Source: Candidatus Shapirobacteria bacterium (GTDB taxonomy: Bacteria > Patescibacteriota > Microgenomatia > UBA12405). From it: DNA of 64,000 nucleotides. Below the pieces are notes generated by a model. The model worked only from the letters and a program-made list of their open reading frames with translations, was not told the DNA's origin and did no database searches. The stretch is taken from contig JBAZML010000003.1 of NCBI GenBank assembly GCA_041649835.1, positions 1,451 to 65,450 of the forward strand, written 5' to 3'. Both the position numbers and the translations under genes were made by a program. Of the stretch, positions 10,039 to 20,859 are shown one piece after another; the first letter of the stretch is position 1; every line of letters starts with the position of its first letter.

Positions 10039-10789
10039 TTTTTATTGCTTTAATTGCTAAAAACAGAGGGAATTCTGCCCTCGCCTTGTCTTCTATTTTA
10101 GCCTTTCCACCTTCAGATTTCTTGTCCGAAATCCATTCTTCCATTTTTTCGATACAAAATCCGTTATTAAATAGCATTTCACTAAACGCCGAAATGGGAT
10201 AATGATAACTAAAAGAAATTTGGTTATCTCTTTTATCAAAAGGGCTTGATTCTATGGGAATTTCCATTGGTGACATGTATGAATCCTCAGTTCTAATTTG
10301 AACGTTCTCCTTAACTTCCCAGTCACTGTGTTTGGGAATTCTAAAAGCGGGATGGTTAATTACCAGCACCAATTCTCCATCGGTTTTTAACAATTTTGCA
10401 AAGTTTTTAATCGCTCCAAAAGGTTTTTTAACATTTTGTAGGGCCAAAATCATCGCCCCTTTATCAAAAGTTCCATATATTTTTAACTCTTTGCATACAT
10501 CATCAACAAGATAACTATGTTTTTTATTTTTATCAAGATTTTTAGCCTCTTTAATTAGGTCAACCGACAAATCAACTCCAACATATTCATTTTCAATTTT
10601 ACGAGCCAAAACTCCCTGTCCACATCCAAAATCAATCACTTTTTCACCAGGCTTTAAATTCAACAATCTCAAGGTATTGGGTAAAATTACGTGTTGATGA
10701 TAATAGCTACCCTCAATTCCAACCGTCTTTTTATACCACACCCCAATATTACCTTTCCAGGCAGTTTTACTTGGGTCGTTGTTCTGCAT
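10031..10789 (-). CDS. Class I SAM-dependent methyltransferase
   Basis: VIDFGCGQG motif I. Confidence 0.9.
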   Translation of the reverse strand: MQNNDPSKTAWKGNIGVWYKKTVGIEGSYYHQHVILPNTLRLLNLKPGEKVIDFGCGQGVLARKIENEYVGVDLSVDLIKEAKNLDKNKKHSYLVDDVCKELKIYGTFDKGAMILALQNVKKPFGAIKNFAKLLKTDGELVLVINHPAFRIPKHSDWEVKENVQIRTEDSYMSPMEIPIESSPFDKRDNQISFSYHYPISAFSEMLFNNGFCIEKMEEWISDKKSEGGKAKIEDKARAEFPLFLAIKAIKNG

Positions 10790-10805
10790 GGTTTGAGTTT
10801 ACCAT

Positions 10806-11363
10806 TTAGAGTCTACTTTCCACATCTTCCCAATTTATTATTTTCCAAAAATTATCGACGTATTGTTTTCTGTCGTTTTGGTAATCCAGATAATAAGCAT
10901 GTTCCCAAACATCTAGGACCAGTATTGGTGCCATTCCGTTTAATCCCAGTAAATTATGTTTTTCTAATTGGCCGATAGTCAAATTATTTTCTTCATCTTT
11001 CCACAAGACTGCCCAACCCGATCCCTCAACGCTGGTGGCTGCAACAGAAAACTCTTTCCAAAAATTTTCAAAACTACCAAAATTTAAATTTATTACTTCT
11101 AAAATTTTACCTTTAGGTTTATTGTTATCATCTGGTTTTTTTAAGTTAGAAAAGAAAATTTCGTGTATCTTGGCACCATTATAGTTAAAACTAAAGTCTC
11201 TCATCACTTCGCGGTTTTTTTCTGTTTTTTCTGATGCCGCATTAGCTCCATTTACATAGGCGGCATAATGTTTGTCATGATGTAACTCCATAATTTTACG
11301 GGAAATTACGGGCTCTAAAGATTCATAGGGATAGGAAAGGGGGATTATAGTTAATTTTTTCAT
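10806..11363 (-). CDS. sod: Fe/Mn superoxide dismutase
   Basis: HHDKH and DVWEHAYY signature. Confidence 0.95.
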   Translation of the reverse strand: MKKLTIIPLSYPYESLEPVISRKIMELHHDKHYAAYVNGANAASEKTEKNREVMRDFSFNYNGAKIHEIFFSNLKKPDDNNKPKGKILEVINLNFGSFENFWKEFSVAATSVEGSGWAVLWKDEENNLTIGQLEKHNLLGLNGMAPILVLDVWEHAYYLDYQNDRKQYVDNFWKIINWEDVESRL

Positions 11364-11420
11364 ACTACTACCATTGTAGTACGAGTTATTGTGTCATGTC
11401 AAATGGTAAAATATGGCAAT

Positions 11421-12119
11421 ATGAAAACAACAATCAAGTTATTTCTCATCCTTGTTTTAATTTTAGTTGTAGCTCCATTTTTTTTATACAAATATATTCT
11501 CTCTGGTTCTCCAAAAGATTTAGGTGTCAAATACAATCCCGAAGACTATACCCAATCCCACCAAAAAATGGGTATAGAAGTGGGTTCGATCCCCAATCCC
11601 TTATCCGATAACTCAAAAGATTCAATTCAATTTACCGGTAAAAAAGATATCAACATTTCACTTTCATCATCCGAAGCTACCGCTTATTCTCGTGCTGACA
11701 AATGGAAATACGCCCCCATATCCAATCTTCAAATAAAAATTAATTCTGATGGTACGGGAGAAGTATCCGGTGTTTTAAATTTAGCCAATATTTTACCCTT
11801 TATTTCCATGACTACTCCAGTTGAAGAAGTTCAAAAGGCCATCGACAAATTCCACATTTCCGGGAATCCGCCCTTTTATACCAAGGGTACAGTTACTGTT
11901 ACTAATAACAATACTAATTTTAATATTCAATCTTTGGAAATTGGTCACATTCCGGTACCTCAAAATTACGTCTCTGATAATACGGAGGCTTTAAATAAAT
12001 TTGTTACCGAGCGTCTCAATTCCATTCCCAATCTTCAGGTTCGTTCACTGACTCTGACGGATGGTAAAGTCAATATCGATGCTACCGTTCCAGAAAAAGT
12101 AGTTAAAATAGAAAAATAA
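11421..12119 (+). CDS. Membrane-anchored hypothetical protein
   Basis: Long ORF with N-terminal TM; start ATG 11421. Confidence 0.7.
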   Translation: MKTTIKLFLILVLILVVAPFFLYKYILSGSPKDLGVKYNPEDYTQSHQKMGIEVGSIPNPLSDNSKDSIQFTGKKDINISLSSSEATAYSRADKWKYAPISNLQIKINSDGTGEVSGVLNLANILPFISMTTPVEEVQKAIDKFHISGNPPFYTKGTVTVTNNNTNFNIQSLEIGHIPVPQNYVSDNTEALNKFVTERLNSIPNLQVRSLTLTDGKVNIDATVPEKVVKIEK

Positions 12120-12121
12120 AA

Positions 12122-13099
12122 ATGACCACAGTTAAATATCTTCAAAACAAATCAAAACTTGAGAATACTTCACTAAATGTTTTTAAATCATTTTATCCCG
12201 AAAATCAGGAAATTCTAATCAAAATTCATTTTGGTGAACCACACAACCTAAATGCTTTTACTCCAGAAGATATTTCTCCAATTATCTCTGCACTAAAAAG
12301 TCTTGGTCTACGTCCCACTCTCATTGACACTCCCGTTGCCTACGATTCCCTTCGTCACACCGTTTCCGGATATGAACAAGTGGTTCACGAAAAAGGTTTT
12401 GACAAACTTGCTCCCTGTATAATTTCTGATCATTTTATTGAAATAAAAACAAAAAACTTTACAGCCAAGGTTTGTAAAGAATTAGTTGATGCCAAAAACC
12501 TTTTAGTTATTTCTCATTTCAAAGGTCATGCCTGCTGTGGCTTTGGTGGTGCTATTAAAAACTTTGGTATGGGGGGATTAATGATTGAGTCAAAGCAAAC
12601 TATTCATAACGGTTCCAAACCAATTTTCCATCCTGAAGCCTGTACTGGTTGCGGTACCTGTGCTCGTCTTTGTCCGAGTCACGCGATTACAATGGTTGAC
12701 AACCGTCCCGTAGTTAATTTAGAGGCTTGTCTTGGTTGTTCTCTTTGTGAATTGAACTGTCCTACTAAATCTCTTGTCCCCACTACTGCCATCTTTGACG
12801 ATCTCCTCGCTCAAGGCGCTGCTGCTTGTATAAATAACTTACCTAAAAAATCATATTATCTAACCTTTGTTAATAAAATTGCTCGTGAGTGCGATTGTTG
12901 GGATCAAACATGGGATTTACTTGCACCTGACAAAGGAATTTTATTTTCAGACAATCCTTTAGCTATTGATCAGGCCAGTCTCGATTTAGTTGGTGCTGAA
13001 ATATTTAAGAAAGCACATCATCGTGATCCTACTGCTCAGATAAAATACTCCCAAGAATACACCAAATTTACTGCTGATTATCAGTTAGAAAATATATGA
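12122..13099 (+). CDS. DUF362 domain / 2x[4Fe-4S] ferredoxin protein
   Basis: KIHFGE, SHFKGH, GGAIKN, two CxxCxxCxxxCP motifs, CDC. Confidence 0.9.
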   Translation: MTTVKYLQNKSKLENTSLNVFKSFYPENQEILIKIHFGEPHNLNAFTPEDISPIISALKSLGLRPTLIDTPVAYDSLRHTVSGYEQVVHEKGFDKLAPCIISDHFIEIKTKNFTAKVCKELVDAKNLLVISHFKGHACCGFGGAIKNFGMGGLMIESKQTIHNGSKPIFHPEACTGCGTCARLCPSHAITMVDNRPVVNLEACLGCSLCELNCPTKSLVPTTAIFDDLLAQGAAACINNLPKKSYYLTFVNKIARECDCWDQTWDLLAPDKGILFSDNPLAIDQASLDLVGAEIFKKAHHRDPTAQIKYSQEYTKFTADYQLENI

Positions 13100-14037
13100 A
13101 AATATATTGTACCGTCGGACACGAATGTTTTACTCCGAGCCAAAAATCTGAGCTAGAAAAACTAGGAGAAGTTACTTATATAGAGGAAATTAGAATAGAT
13201 GAGGATAAGTATATTAGTTTGGTAAAAGATGCCGAGATAATAATTGCCGCCCCTGAGTCAATGGCAAAACTATCTGAAAAAATACTTTCATCTCTACCAA
13301 ATTTAAAATTTATTACCCTTATAACCGTTGGTTTTAATTGGGTGGACCAGAATGCTGCCCAAAAACTAAACATTCCTATCAGTAATGTCAAAGGAGCCAA
13401 TTCAGAATCGGTTGCCGAGCATATTTGGGGTATGATATTAGATTTATCAAAAAGGATTTCCGAATTTGATCGTGATATTAGAAATGATGGGGCTTTTGAG
13501 TTTTCAAAATACAAAGGTCATGAACTTTATGGAAAAACTTTAGGTCTAATAGGTACTGGCGACATAGGTTCAAAAGTTGCCCGCATTGCCCAGGCTTTCG
13601 ACATGAGAATTTTAGGTTTTAATAAAAATAATAGGCCTATCGATGGGGTCGAAATGGTTGATTTAAACACCCTCCTTTCTCAAAGCGACATTGTTAATAT
13701 CTCCATACCTTTAAACGATTCAACTCAATCATTTATTTCGAGTCAACAAATTAAATTAATGAAAGATAAGGCGATATTAATTAACTGTGCGAGAGAAAAA
13801 TTAGTAAATAAAGAAGCCGTTATATCGTTTATTAAAAGCGGTAAATTGGGAGGCTATGGTGTTGAAACTCCTATTATGACTCCAATTCCGAGAGATGATG
13901 AGTATCTCAAGTATTCAAACATTATTATAAACGTTCATAACGCGTTTAATACGGTAGAATCAGATGAAAAATGTTATGGCTTAGCGGTTGAAAATATAAA
14001 AAATTATTTATTAGATAATCCAAAAAATTTAATCTAA
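13096..14037 (+). CDS. D-isomer specific 2-hydroxyacid dehydrogenase
   Basis: SVAEH, GLIGTGDIG, INCARE. Confidence 0.9.
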   Translation: MKIYCTVGHECFTPSQKSELEKLGEVTYIEEIRIDEDKYISLVKDAEIIIAAPESMAKLSEKILSSLPNLKFITLITVGFNWVDQNAAQKLNIPISNVKGANSESVAEHIWGMILDLSKRISEFDRDIRNDGAFEFSKYKGHELYGKTLGLIGTGDIGSKVARIAQAFDMRILGFNKNNRPIDGVEMVDLNTLLSQSDIVNISIPLNDSTQSFISSQQIKLMKDKAILINCAREKLVNKEAVISFIKSGKLGGYGVETPIMTPIPRDDEYLKYSNIIINVHNAFNTVESDEKCYGLAVENIKNYLLDNPKNLI

Positions 14038-15500
14038 TGACCAAAAAATTCACCATTCTTCACAGTAACGACATGCACGGCGATTTTTTAGCTGAAATTG
14101 GTGGTAAGCCGGGACAAACCATTGGTGGTTTAGCCCTACTTTCTGCCTACATAAATAAAGTCCGGACCGAAGAAGAAAATGTTTTGTATGTTATTAGTGG
14201 TGACATGGTTCAGGGTTCCTTGATTGATACTGAGTACAAGGGGATTTCTACAATTGAAATTATGAATTATCTTTCTCCTGATGTAGTGGCTCTCGGTAAT
14301 CATGAATTTGATTATGGTTTACCCCATCTTTTATTCTTGGAAAAAATGGCCAATTTTCCAATCGTTAATGCCAATCTTTACGTCAAAAACTATCATCGAC
14401 GTCTGATGAATCCATATAAAATTATCAAAAAGGCTGGATTTGAAATATTGTTTACCGGTATTATTACCGAAAAAGTAATTGACTCAATTTCTCAGGACAA
14501 ATTGATTGGTTCTTTTGTTAATCTCGAAGAAGCCAGTGGAGAAGTTGGCAAAATTTGTAATGCTTACAAGAATGATGACATTGATTTAACTGTCCTTTTA
14601 ACTCATATCGGTTTTGATTCCGACAAAGAGTTAGCCTCTATGTTAAAACCGGAATGGGGAGTCGATATAATTATTGGTGGTCATTCTCATACTGTTTTAG
14701 AAAAGCCTGAAATTGTTAATAATATTTTAATCACCCAGGCTGGCACTTCCACCAACCAGATTGGTCGTTTTGATATTGTTGTTGATGATGACACCAACAG
14801 TATTATTGAGTCAAAATGGCAGTTGATTCCGATTACTAGTGATATTGTGGCTCCGGACCAGCAATTACTCAAATTTATTGAAGGCTTCAAAACTGAGGTC
14901 GATGCTAAGTACAGTGCCATCCTCACTAAATTCTCTGAAAAATTAACTCATCCATTTCGGGAAATCGAAACCTCTCTTGGTAATTTGTTTGCTGATGCTT
15001 TTGCTGACGCTGCTCTGTGTGATGTCGCTTTAGTTGGTAGTGGTTCCCTTCGGGTCAAAGAAATGGGTCCAGTAATAACTCTTAATGATTTAATGTCATG
15101 TTTCCCTTATAACGATTCTCTGACAAAATTTACTGTCACCGGCATTCAACTAAAAAATATTTTTTCATATATTATGCGTCCTGAGAACAGAAACAATGAG
15201 GGGGAGTGTTATCAGGTATCTTCCAAGGTCCGCGCCATATACAACGACAAAAAAGAAGTATTAGAATCACTAACAATAGACAAATTATCCATTAATGAAC
15301 AAAAAAATTATACTGTATGTTTACAGGGTTATCACTTTCATAATTGTCAAACATATCTTAATATTTCCGAAGCAGAGTTAATCTCTATTACTCCTCCAAA
15401 AGTTGTCTCAACGTCAGCTCAAGATGTCATAATTGAATATCTTCGTGGTCATCAAAATTTAGTCTCCAAAGTTGAGGGGCGTTTGGTATATCACCAGTAA
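14037..15500 (+). CDS. Bifunctional metallophosphatase/5'-nucleotidase (no signal peptide)
   Basis: HSNDMHG, GD, GNHEFD, GGHSH; C-terminal 5'-NT domain. Confidence 0.9.
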   Translation: MTKKFTILHSNDMHGDFLAEIGGKPGQTIGGLALLSAYINKVRTEEENVLYVISGDMVQGSLIDTEYKGISTIEIMNYLSPDVVALGNHEFDYGLPHLLFLEKMANFPIVNANLYVKNYHRRLMNPYKIIKKAGFEILFTGIITEKVIDSISQDKLIGSFVNLEEASGEVGKICNAYKNDDIDLTVLLTHIGFDSDKELASMLKPEWGVDIIIGGHSHTVLEKPEIVNNILITQAGTSTNQIGRFDIVVDDDTNSIIESKWQLIPITSDIVAPDQQLLKFIEGFKTEVDAKYSAILTKFSEKLTHPFREIETSLGNLFADAFADAALCDVALVGSGSLRVKEMGPVITLNDLMSCFPYNDSLTKFTVTGIQLKNIFSYIMRPENRNNEGECYQVSSKVRAIYNDKKEVLESLTIDKLSINEQKNYTVCLQGYHFHNCQTYLNISEAELISITPPKVVSTSAQDVIIEYLRGHQNLVSKVEGRLVYHQ

Positions 15501-15515
15501 TAACCAAAACCAGAC

Positions 15516-16376
15516 ATGCCATCTTCTTCAAAGACAAAAAACAATCAATTCTTTCTCGGACTACTTTCAATTACCATATTTCTTTCAATAATTTTATTAA
15601 TAAATATCTTATTTCAATTTTCTCACTACCATCCTCCATTTATTTCCAAACCGATTGTTTTTGTCCCAGTCACAAAATTACCATTTATTTCTCAAATTAG
15701 TCATGGCTCTCGCGATATAAATAAAATTGCTTTAACCTTTGATGCCGACATGACTCCATTGATGAAAAAAGAATTTTCTGATGGAAAAATAAAATCTTTG
15801 TACAATCAAAAAATCGTTGAGATATTAATTCAAAAAAATATTCCAGCCACCATATTTATTACTGGTATGTGGGCCGAAACATATCCCGGAATAGCTTCTT
15901 CATTGGCCAAAAATTCTTTATTTGAAATTGCCAATCACAGTTATTCTCATCCTCGTTTTACTCCGACATGTTCTGCTTTACCTTCAATTCCCCTGTGGGG
16001 TAAAAAGGGTGAATTTGAAAAGTCACAAGCAATCATAAAAGAAATTACCGGGACTATTCCAAAATATTTTCGTTTTCCCGGTGGTTGTAGTTCTGACTCA
16101 GACATCAAATTAGCCAATAAATATGGCTTAACAGTTGTCGGTTGGGATGTTGCCTCCGGTGATTCCTACAATGATAATCCCAAAGCTATAGTTAATACCG
16201 TCAAAACAAAAACTCAAAATGGTTCTATTATTTTATTCCATTTCGATGGCGGTGAAAATTCACCTTCAACTAGCGATGTATTATCGGAGTTAATTGATTA
16301 TCTCCAAGGAAAAGGTTTTACCTTCGTTACGCTTACTGACCTTCTTTTTTCTTTGGTAGAAGTTGAATCACAATAA
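15516..16376 (+). CDS. Polysaccharide deacetylase (CE4)
   Basis: ALTFD, NHSYSH, FRFPGG, IILFH. Confidence 0.9.
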   Translation: MPSSSKTKNNQFFLGLLSITIFLSIILLINILFQFSHYHPPFISKPIVFVPVTKLPFISQISHGSRDINKIALTFDADMTPLMKKEFSDGKIKSLYNQKIVEILIQKNIPATIFITGMWAETYPGIASSLAKNSLFEIANHSYSHPRFTPTCSALPSIPLWGKKGEFEKSQAIIKEITGTIPKYFRFPGGCSSDSDIKLANKYGLTVVGWDVASGDSYNDNPKAIVNTVKTKTQNGSIILFHFDGGENSPSTSDVLSELIDYLQGKGFTFVTLTDLLFSLVEVESQ

Positions 16377-16812
16377 TTAGTGCCAATAGTCCAACTGTTA
16401 TTCCCATGAATATCGTTTTTAAATCTAGTTTATTTTCAGCCTTTTCTTCTGTTTTGATTATCCCACTAGTCGGTTCAATTGTTAATTCCGGTGAAATAAC
16501 CGGAGTTGTTGATAATTCAGTTTTAACAGTTGGTTCCGGAGAAACTACTGGAGTTATCTTAGTATCACTCTCTTCTTTAATAGTTGGTACTGGAGTTGCT
16601 GTCGCCTTAATTTGTATGGTGGGTATAATTTTAAAATCGATATTTGGATCAATCTGTTTAAAAACCAACGGAGTTGGAGTTGCAGTGGGCATTATGGTTA
16701 TCATTAGTTTAATATCATCCCTGGGTTGCAGGGGTACCAATGCCATTGTTGTATTAGAAAATAAAAATGTCAAAACGACAAATATAGCGATTTGAACTAT
16801 TGTGTTTTTCAT
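16333..16812 (-). CDS. Pro/Thr-rich exported protein with C-terminal TM anchor
   Basis: Signal peptide, TP-rich low-complexity region, C-terminal TM followed by KKK. Confidence 0.7.
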   Translation of the reverse strand: MKNTIVQIAIFVVLTFLFSNTTMALVPLQPRDDIKLMITIMPTATPTPLVFKQIDPNIDFKIIPTIQIKATATPVPTIKEESDTKITPVVSPEPTVKTELSTTPVISPELTIEPTSGIIKTEEKAENKLDLKTIFMGITVGLLALIIVIQLLPKKKEGQ

Positions 16813-16868
16813 TACCTATATTATATCTCCTTTGTCAAATAATAATCAAAAATGGGGTATAATTGGCT

Positions 16869-17630
16869 GTGATTTTAATCAAAACCCCCGTTCAAATCAA
16901 AGGAATTCGTGCTTCTTCTCAACTAGCCGCCGCTACCTTAAAATATGCCGCTTCTTTTATTAAACCCGGTATTTCTACAGATTTTATAAACGAAAAAGCC
17001 CACGATTACATCATTGCTCATCAGGCTATACCTGCACCACTGAATTACAATGGTTATCCCAAAAGTATTTGTACTTCAATAAATGATGTTGTCTGTCATG
17101 GGATTCCCTCAAAAACCGAAATCTTAAGAGAAGGTGATATCGTTAACATCGACATTACTACAATTTTGGATGGCTACTATGGTGATACGTCTGCCTCTTA
17201 CCCAGTTGGAAAAATTAGTCAGGATGCTAGAGCCCTTATCGACCGTACCAAAACTGCGATGGATTTGGCCATAAAATCGGTCAAAGCCGATAAATATTTA
17301 AACGAATGTGTTGGCATGACAATAGAAAATTATGTTTCTTCTTTCGACTATTCACCGGTCAGGGATCTTGGTGGTCACGGTGTTGGTATAAAATTCCATG
17401 AAGACCCCTTTGTTTTTCACCACAATACTCCCAGAAACCACATTTTGCTAAAAGCAGGTATGATTTTTACCATTGAACCAATGATTAATGCCAGTCAAAA
17501 TTGGCGGGTTTATATGGATGCAGATGATGGTTGGACCATTCGGACCCGTGACGGTTCTCTGTCCGCTCAATTTGAACACACCATTTTAGTTACCCAAAAT
17601 GGAAGTGAAATTTTAACCGTGTTACCATAA
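16869..17630 (+). CDS. map: Methionine aminopeptidase type I
   Basis: CHGIP, DIT..DG.YGD, GHGVG..FHE, EPM, QFEHT; GTG start 5 nt after TATAAT. Confidence 0.95.
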   Translation: MILIKTPVQIKGIRASSQLAAATLKYAASFIKPGISTDFINEKAHDYIIAHQAIPAPLNYNGYPKSICTSINDVVCHGIPSKTEILREGDIVNIDITTILDGYYGDTSASYPVGKISQDARALIDRTKTAMDLAIKSVKADKYLNECVGMTIENYVSSFDYSPVRDLGGHGVGIKFHEDPFVFHHNTPRNHILLKAGMIFTIEPMINASQNWRVYMDADDGWTIRTRDGSLSAQFEHTILVTQNGSEILTVLP

Positions 17631-17633
17631 ATT

Positions 17634-18437
17634 ATGATTCTTTTAGACGGAAAAATTCTTGCTCAAAATATACTGTTGGAATTAAAAGAAAAAATCTCCA
17701 AACTTTCACAACCCATCAATTTGGATATTGTTTTAGTTGGCAACGATCCTTCTTCGATAAAATATGTTGAAATAAAACAAAAAAAGGCTTCTGAAATCGG
17801 TATTGGTGGTCAACTTTATCATTTGCCCGAAACTACCTCCGTTGAAGAAATTTCAGAATTAATTTCTGCACTTAATCAAAATCCAAAAACATCTTCGTTT
17901 TTTATTCAGTTACCTGTTCCAGGTATTGTTGATACTTCACCTTTACTAAATCAAATTTTATCAAGCAAAGATGCCGATGGTCTTACTTCTATAAATCTTG
18001 GTCTTCTTTTTCAACAAAATTCAACTGCTATTGCTCCAGCCACAGCTATTGGTATTTTGGACTTATTGGATAGTTACGAAATTAATTCTGAAAGTAAAAA
18101 TGTTGTTGTGATTAATGACAGTCCCATTGTCGGGTTACCGCTATTAGCTCTTTTTAATGCTCGTCATGCCACCGTAACTTTATGTCATCGTCACACTCAA
18201 AATTTATCAATGGTAACCAAAGAGGCAGACATATTAATTTCAGCTACCGGTGTCAAAAATCTGGTTACCGGTGATATGGTTAAAGATGGCGTCATTATAG
18301 TTGACGTTGGTGGTGGAGATGTCGATTTTGAAAATGTATCAAATAAATCAGCTTTTATTACTCCCACATTTGGTGGAGTTGGACCGATGACAGTTGCATC
18401 CCTATTGAAAAATGCCTATCTTCTGGCCACTCGATAG
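17634..18437 (+). CDS. folD: Methylene-THF dehydrogenase/cyclohydrolase
   Basis: LDGK, YVxxK, QLP, KDADG, GGVGPMT. Confidence 0.95.
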   Translation: MILLDGKILAQNILLELKEKISKLSQPINLDIVLVGNDPSSIKYVEIKQKKASEIGIGGQLYHLPETTSVEEISELISALNQNPKTSSFFIQLPVPGIVDTSPLLNQILSSKDADGLTSINLGLLFQQNSTAIAPATAIGILDLLDSYEINSESKNVVVINDSPIVGLPLLALFNARHATVTLCHRHTQNLSMVTKEADILISATGVKNLVTGDMVKDGVIIVDVGGGDVDFENVSNKSAFITPTFGGVGPMTVASLLKNAYLLATR

Positions 18438-18438
18438 T

Positions 18439-19161
18439 CTATTTGTGAAATCCCTCAATACAATCTTTATTTTTTTTCATAACGAAAACTTTTCCCGTTT
18501 CTTCCGACTTAATTATCTCGATAAATTTTTTGGAAATTTCTCTTGGATCAATTGATTCATCAATATATTGTGGAAAAAATCTACGATAACTTTCTGTGGC
18601 TGTATCAGATGGTGACACACAATTTATTTTAATATTTTTTTCTTTTAATTCGTCGGCCAATCCGACAGTAAAATCTTCAATGGCTCTTTTGGAAACGTAA
18701 TAGGGGAGCCAGCCCTTACCGCCGTCTTCAAATGTACCGGACAAATTTATAATGTCACTTCCACTTTTCATTAGAGGTAGTAATTTATTAACCAAAATCA
18801 TTGGGGCTACTATTCCGACATTCATTGTTTCTACTATTGTGTTATTTTCGAAATTAGAATATTCCACTCCGGCAAACACCTTGTCTTTTCCATGCCAAAT
18901 TCCGGCAATATTAGCTATCAAATCAATTTGATTAAAATGATTTTTAATTTTTTCTGCCAATTCATTGATATCCATAATACTGGATAAATCACACTCAAAA
19001 ATTATTGCCATCCCACCTTCATTTTCAATTATTTTTTTTGTTTCAATTAGACCATCTAAATTTCTTCCCACTAAAGCTACTTCGTAGTTATTTTTTGACA
19101 GTTCAATGCAAACTTCACGTCCAATTCCAGTTGAAGCTCCAGTGACAATTGCATATTTCAT
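18439..19161 (-). CDS. Short-chain dehydrogenase/reductase
   Basis: TGASTGIG and YxxSK. Confidence 0.9.
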   Translation of the reverse strand: MKYAIVTGASTGIGREVCIELSKNNYEVALVGRNLDGLIETKKIIENEGGMAIIFECDLSSIMDINELAEKIKNHFNQIDLIANIAGIWHGKDKVFAGVEYSNFENNTIVETMNVGIVAPMILVNKLLPLMKSGSDIINLSGTFEDGGKGWLPYYVSKRAIEDFTVGLADELKEKNIKINCVSPSDTATESYRRFFPQYIDESIDPREISKKFIEIIKSEETGKVFVMKKNKDCIEGFHK

Positions 19162-19176
19162 CGCCTCAATTATAAC

Positions 19177-20859
19177 TTAAATTCCTGTACCCTTTCTAAA
19201 TACTGCTGCCCAAGGAACATAACTACTGGTAAAAGTTTTTTGTAAAATTACTTCACCATTCCTGGTTACTGTCCAATCAAAGGCTGTTTTTAACCCCGGA
19301 ATCCTTTGCTCATCCTGAACCACTTTTCCCGCTGGCAGTGTTGGATCATCAATCCAAACATCTGGTGGTGGTGGTGCCGCCCCCCACTGTTTGTAATTAC
19401 TTATAGTGGCTTTACGGCCATCAGAAGTACCATAGATTTCATAAGCTAATTTCTTATTAACCCCATCATAGTAACTTTGAATCAGTACATAGTGTTCAGT
19501 ATCATTTACAAATTTCAAATCAGGATTTGGAATAAAAACGGTCGCATCAAAACCAGGCTTGGTATCTTCTTCATAATAGCTGACCCGATAAGCATGGGGC
19601 TGACGTTGAGTTATATCTAAACCAGCATCCAACATAGCTCTAAACAATGTTGTTGAGACCTGACAGATTCCACCCCCTACGTCCAATTCTGTTTTCCCCT
19701 GTCTAATAATATAAGCTTTTTTATAACCATTATCCAAGCTGACTTCACCTAAGTTTTTAATAAAGGAAAAAGTCTCCCCGGGCGCAACTAAAATCCGATT
19801 TACAATTGATGCTCCCTTTTCAACATTAAAGTTTCTAATAGTACTACTATGTCTGAAGCTTGAAGTTCCCCGTCCCAATAATTCTTTAATTCCCAAGTCA
19901 TTTACTTCATTATTTTTAACCTTTGCCTCTGATTTTATTAGGGGTAATTCGGCTAAAATTATTTTTTCTGTTGATATTTCCCATCCGGAAAAATCTCTCA
20001 TAATGGTGTTTTTTAATTTTTCTCCATCAAGATAATATCCTTGTTTGTCAGGTAAAAATTCTAAAACTTTTCCGTTTTCAAATTTAAAAACTGCATCTTG
20101 TGGATCCTTTTTTAAACTTTGTTGTAATGTTTCCACATATTCATTAATTTTTGTTTGCTGACTTCCATTATCAAAATCAATCCAGCTGATTAGAGTTTTG
20201 TCATCAACCTCAACACTGACGTCTCCATCTTTAAAGGTTATTTTTTTCCCAATTAATTTTTTCGTTCTCTCCAGGGCATTCTTCTTTTTATTTTCGTCGG
20301 GTAGACTACCGGTATTTTCTACCGGTATTTCAATTTCTGACTGAATGTCGTAACTTCTCAATCTTTGTAAAACAATTTCTTTTAATTTATCCTGATCGGT
20401 TCTTTTTCCCAACTGACCATCTTTTATGCTTAAATTTTTATTTAAAATGATTTCTGAAGGTATAAATGGTTTATCGATTTGGGAGGCAAACTCTACTACT
20501 ATTTGATCCAATTTTATTTCTTCAATTTCGATAGTTAGTTCAAAATCTTTGTTTTCAAAAAAAGCTTTTATATATTTACCAAATCCCTGTTTTAACCGTC
20601 GGAATAATAGGTTTGAAATTGTTTGATTTGTATCTATTTTAGCCGATATAGAGGCCAAATTGACGTAAAAAAACCTTTCTGAATCTTTTAATTTTAAGTT
20701 TCCATCCATCGGAAATTCGGTTAATAATTTTGTTTCAATTTCTTTTTTCCCCAGTAGAGAATAATCTTTACCCAGAACCGTTGTTCCTTTGCCGGTTTTA
20801 CCAAAACCAAATACCAATGGTGCCAATAGCCCCACAATTAGTATTTTTTTATTTTTCAT
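19177..20859 (-). CDS. VanW family protein with peptidoglycan-binding repeats
   Basis: PGETFSF, GGGICQVSTTLF, DATV, DLKFVN. Confidence 0.9.
   Translation of the reverse strand: MKNKKILIVGLLAPLVFGFGKTGKGTTVLGKDYSLLGKKEIETKLLTEFPMDGNLKLKDSERFFYVNLASISAKIDTNQTISNLLFRRLKQGFGKYIKAFFENKDFELTIEIEEIKLDQIVVEFASQIDKPFIPSEIILNKNLSIKDGQLGKRTDQDKLKEIVLQRLRSYDIQSEIEIPVENTGSLPDENKKKNALERTKKLIGKKITFKDGDVSVEVDDKTLISWIDFDNGSQQTKINEYVETLQQSLKKDPQDAVFKFENGKVLEFLPDKQGYYLDGEKLKNTIMRDFSGWEISTEKIILAELPLIKSEAKVKNNEVNDLGIKELLGRGTSSFRHSSTIRNFNVEKGASIVNRILVAPGETFSFIKNLGEVSLDNGYKKAYIIRQGKTELDVGGGICQVSTTLFRAMLDAGLDITQRQPHAYRVSYYEEDTKPGFDATVFIPNPDLKFVNDTEHYVLIQSYYDGVNKKLAYEIYGTSDGRKATISNYKQWGAAPPPPDVWIDDPTLPAGKVVQDEQRIPGLKTAFDWTVTRNGEVILQKTFTSSYVPWAAVFRKGTGI

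Noticed and set aside
16406-16795. Antisense ORFs such as 16406-16795, 44759-45187 and 60618-61145
   Set aside because: Mirror frames of well-supported genes, with no motifs.
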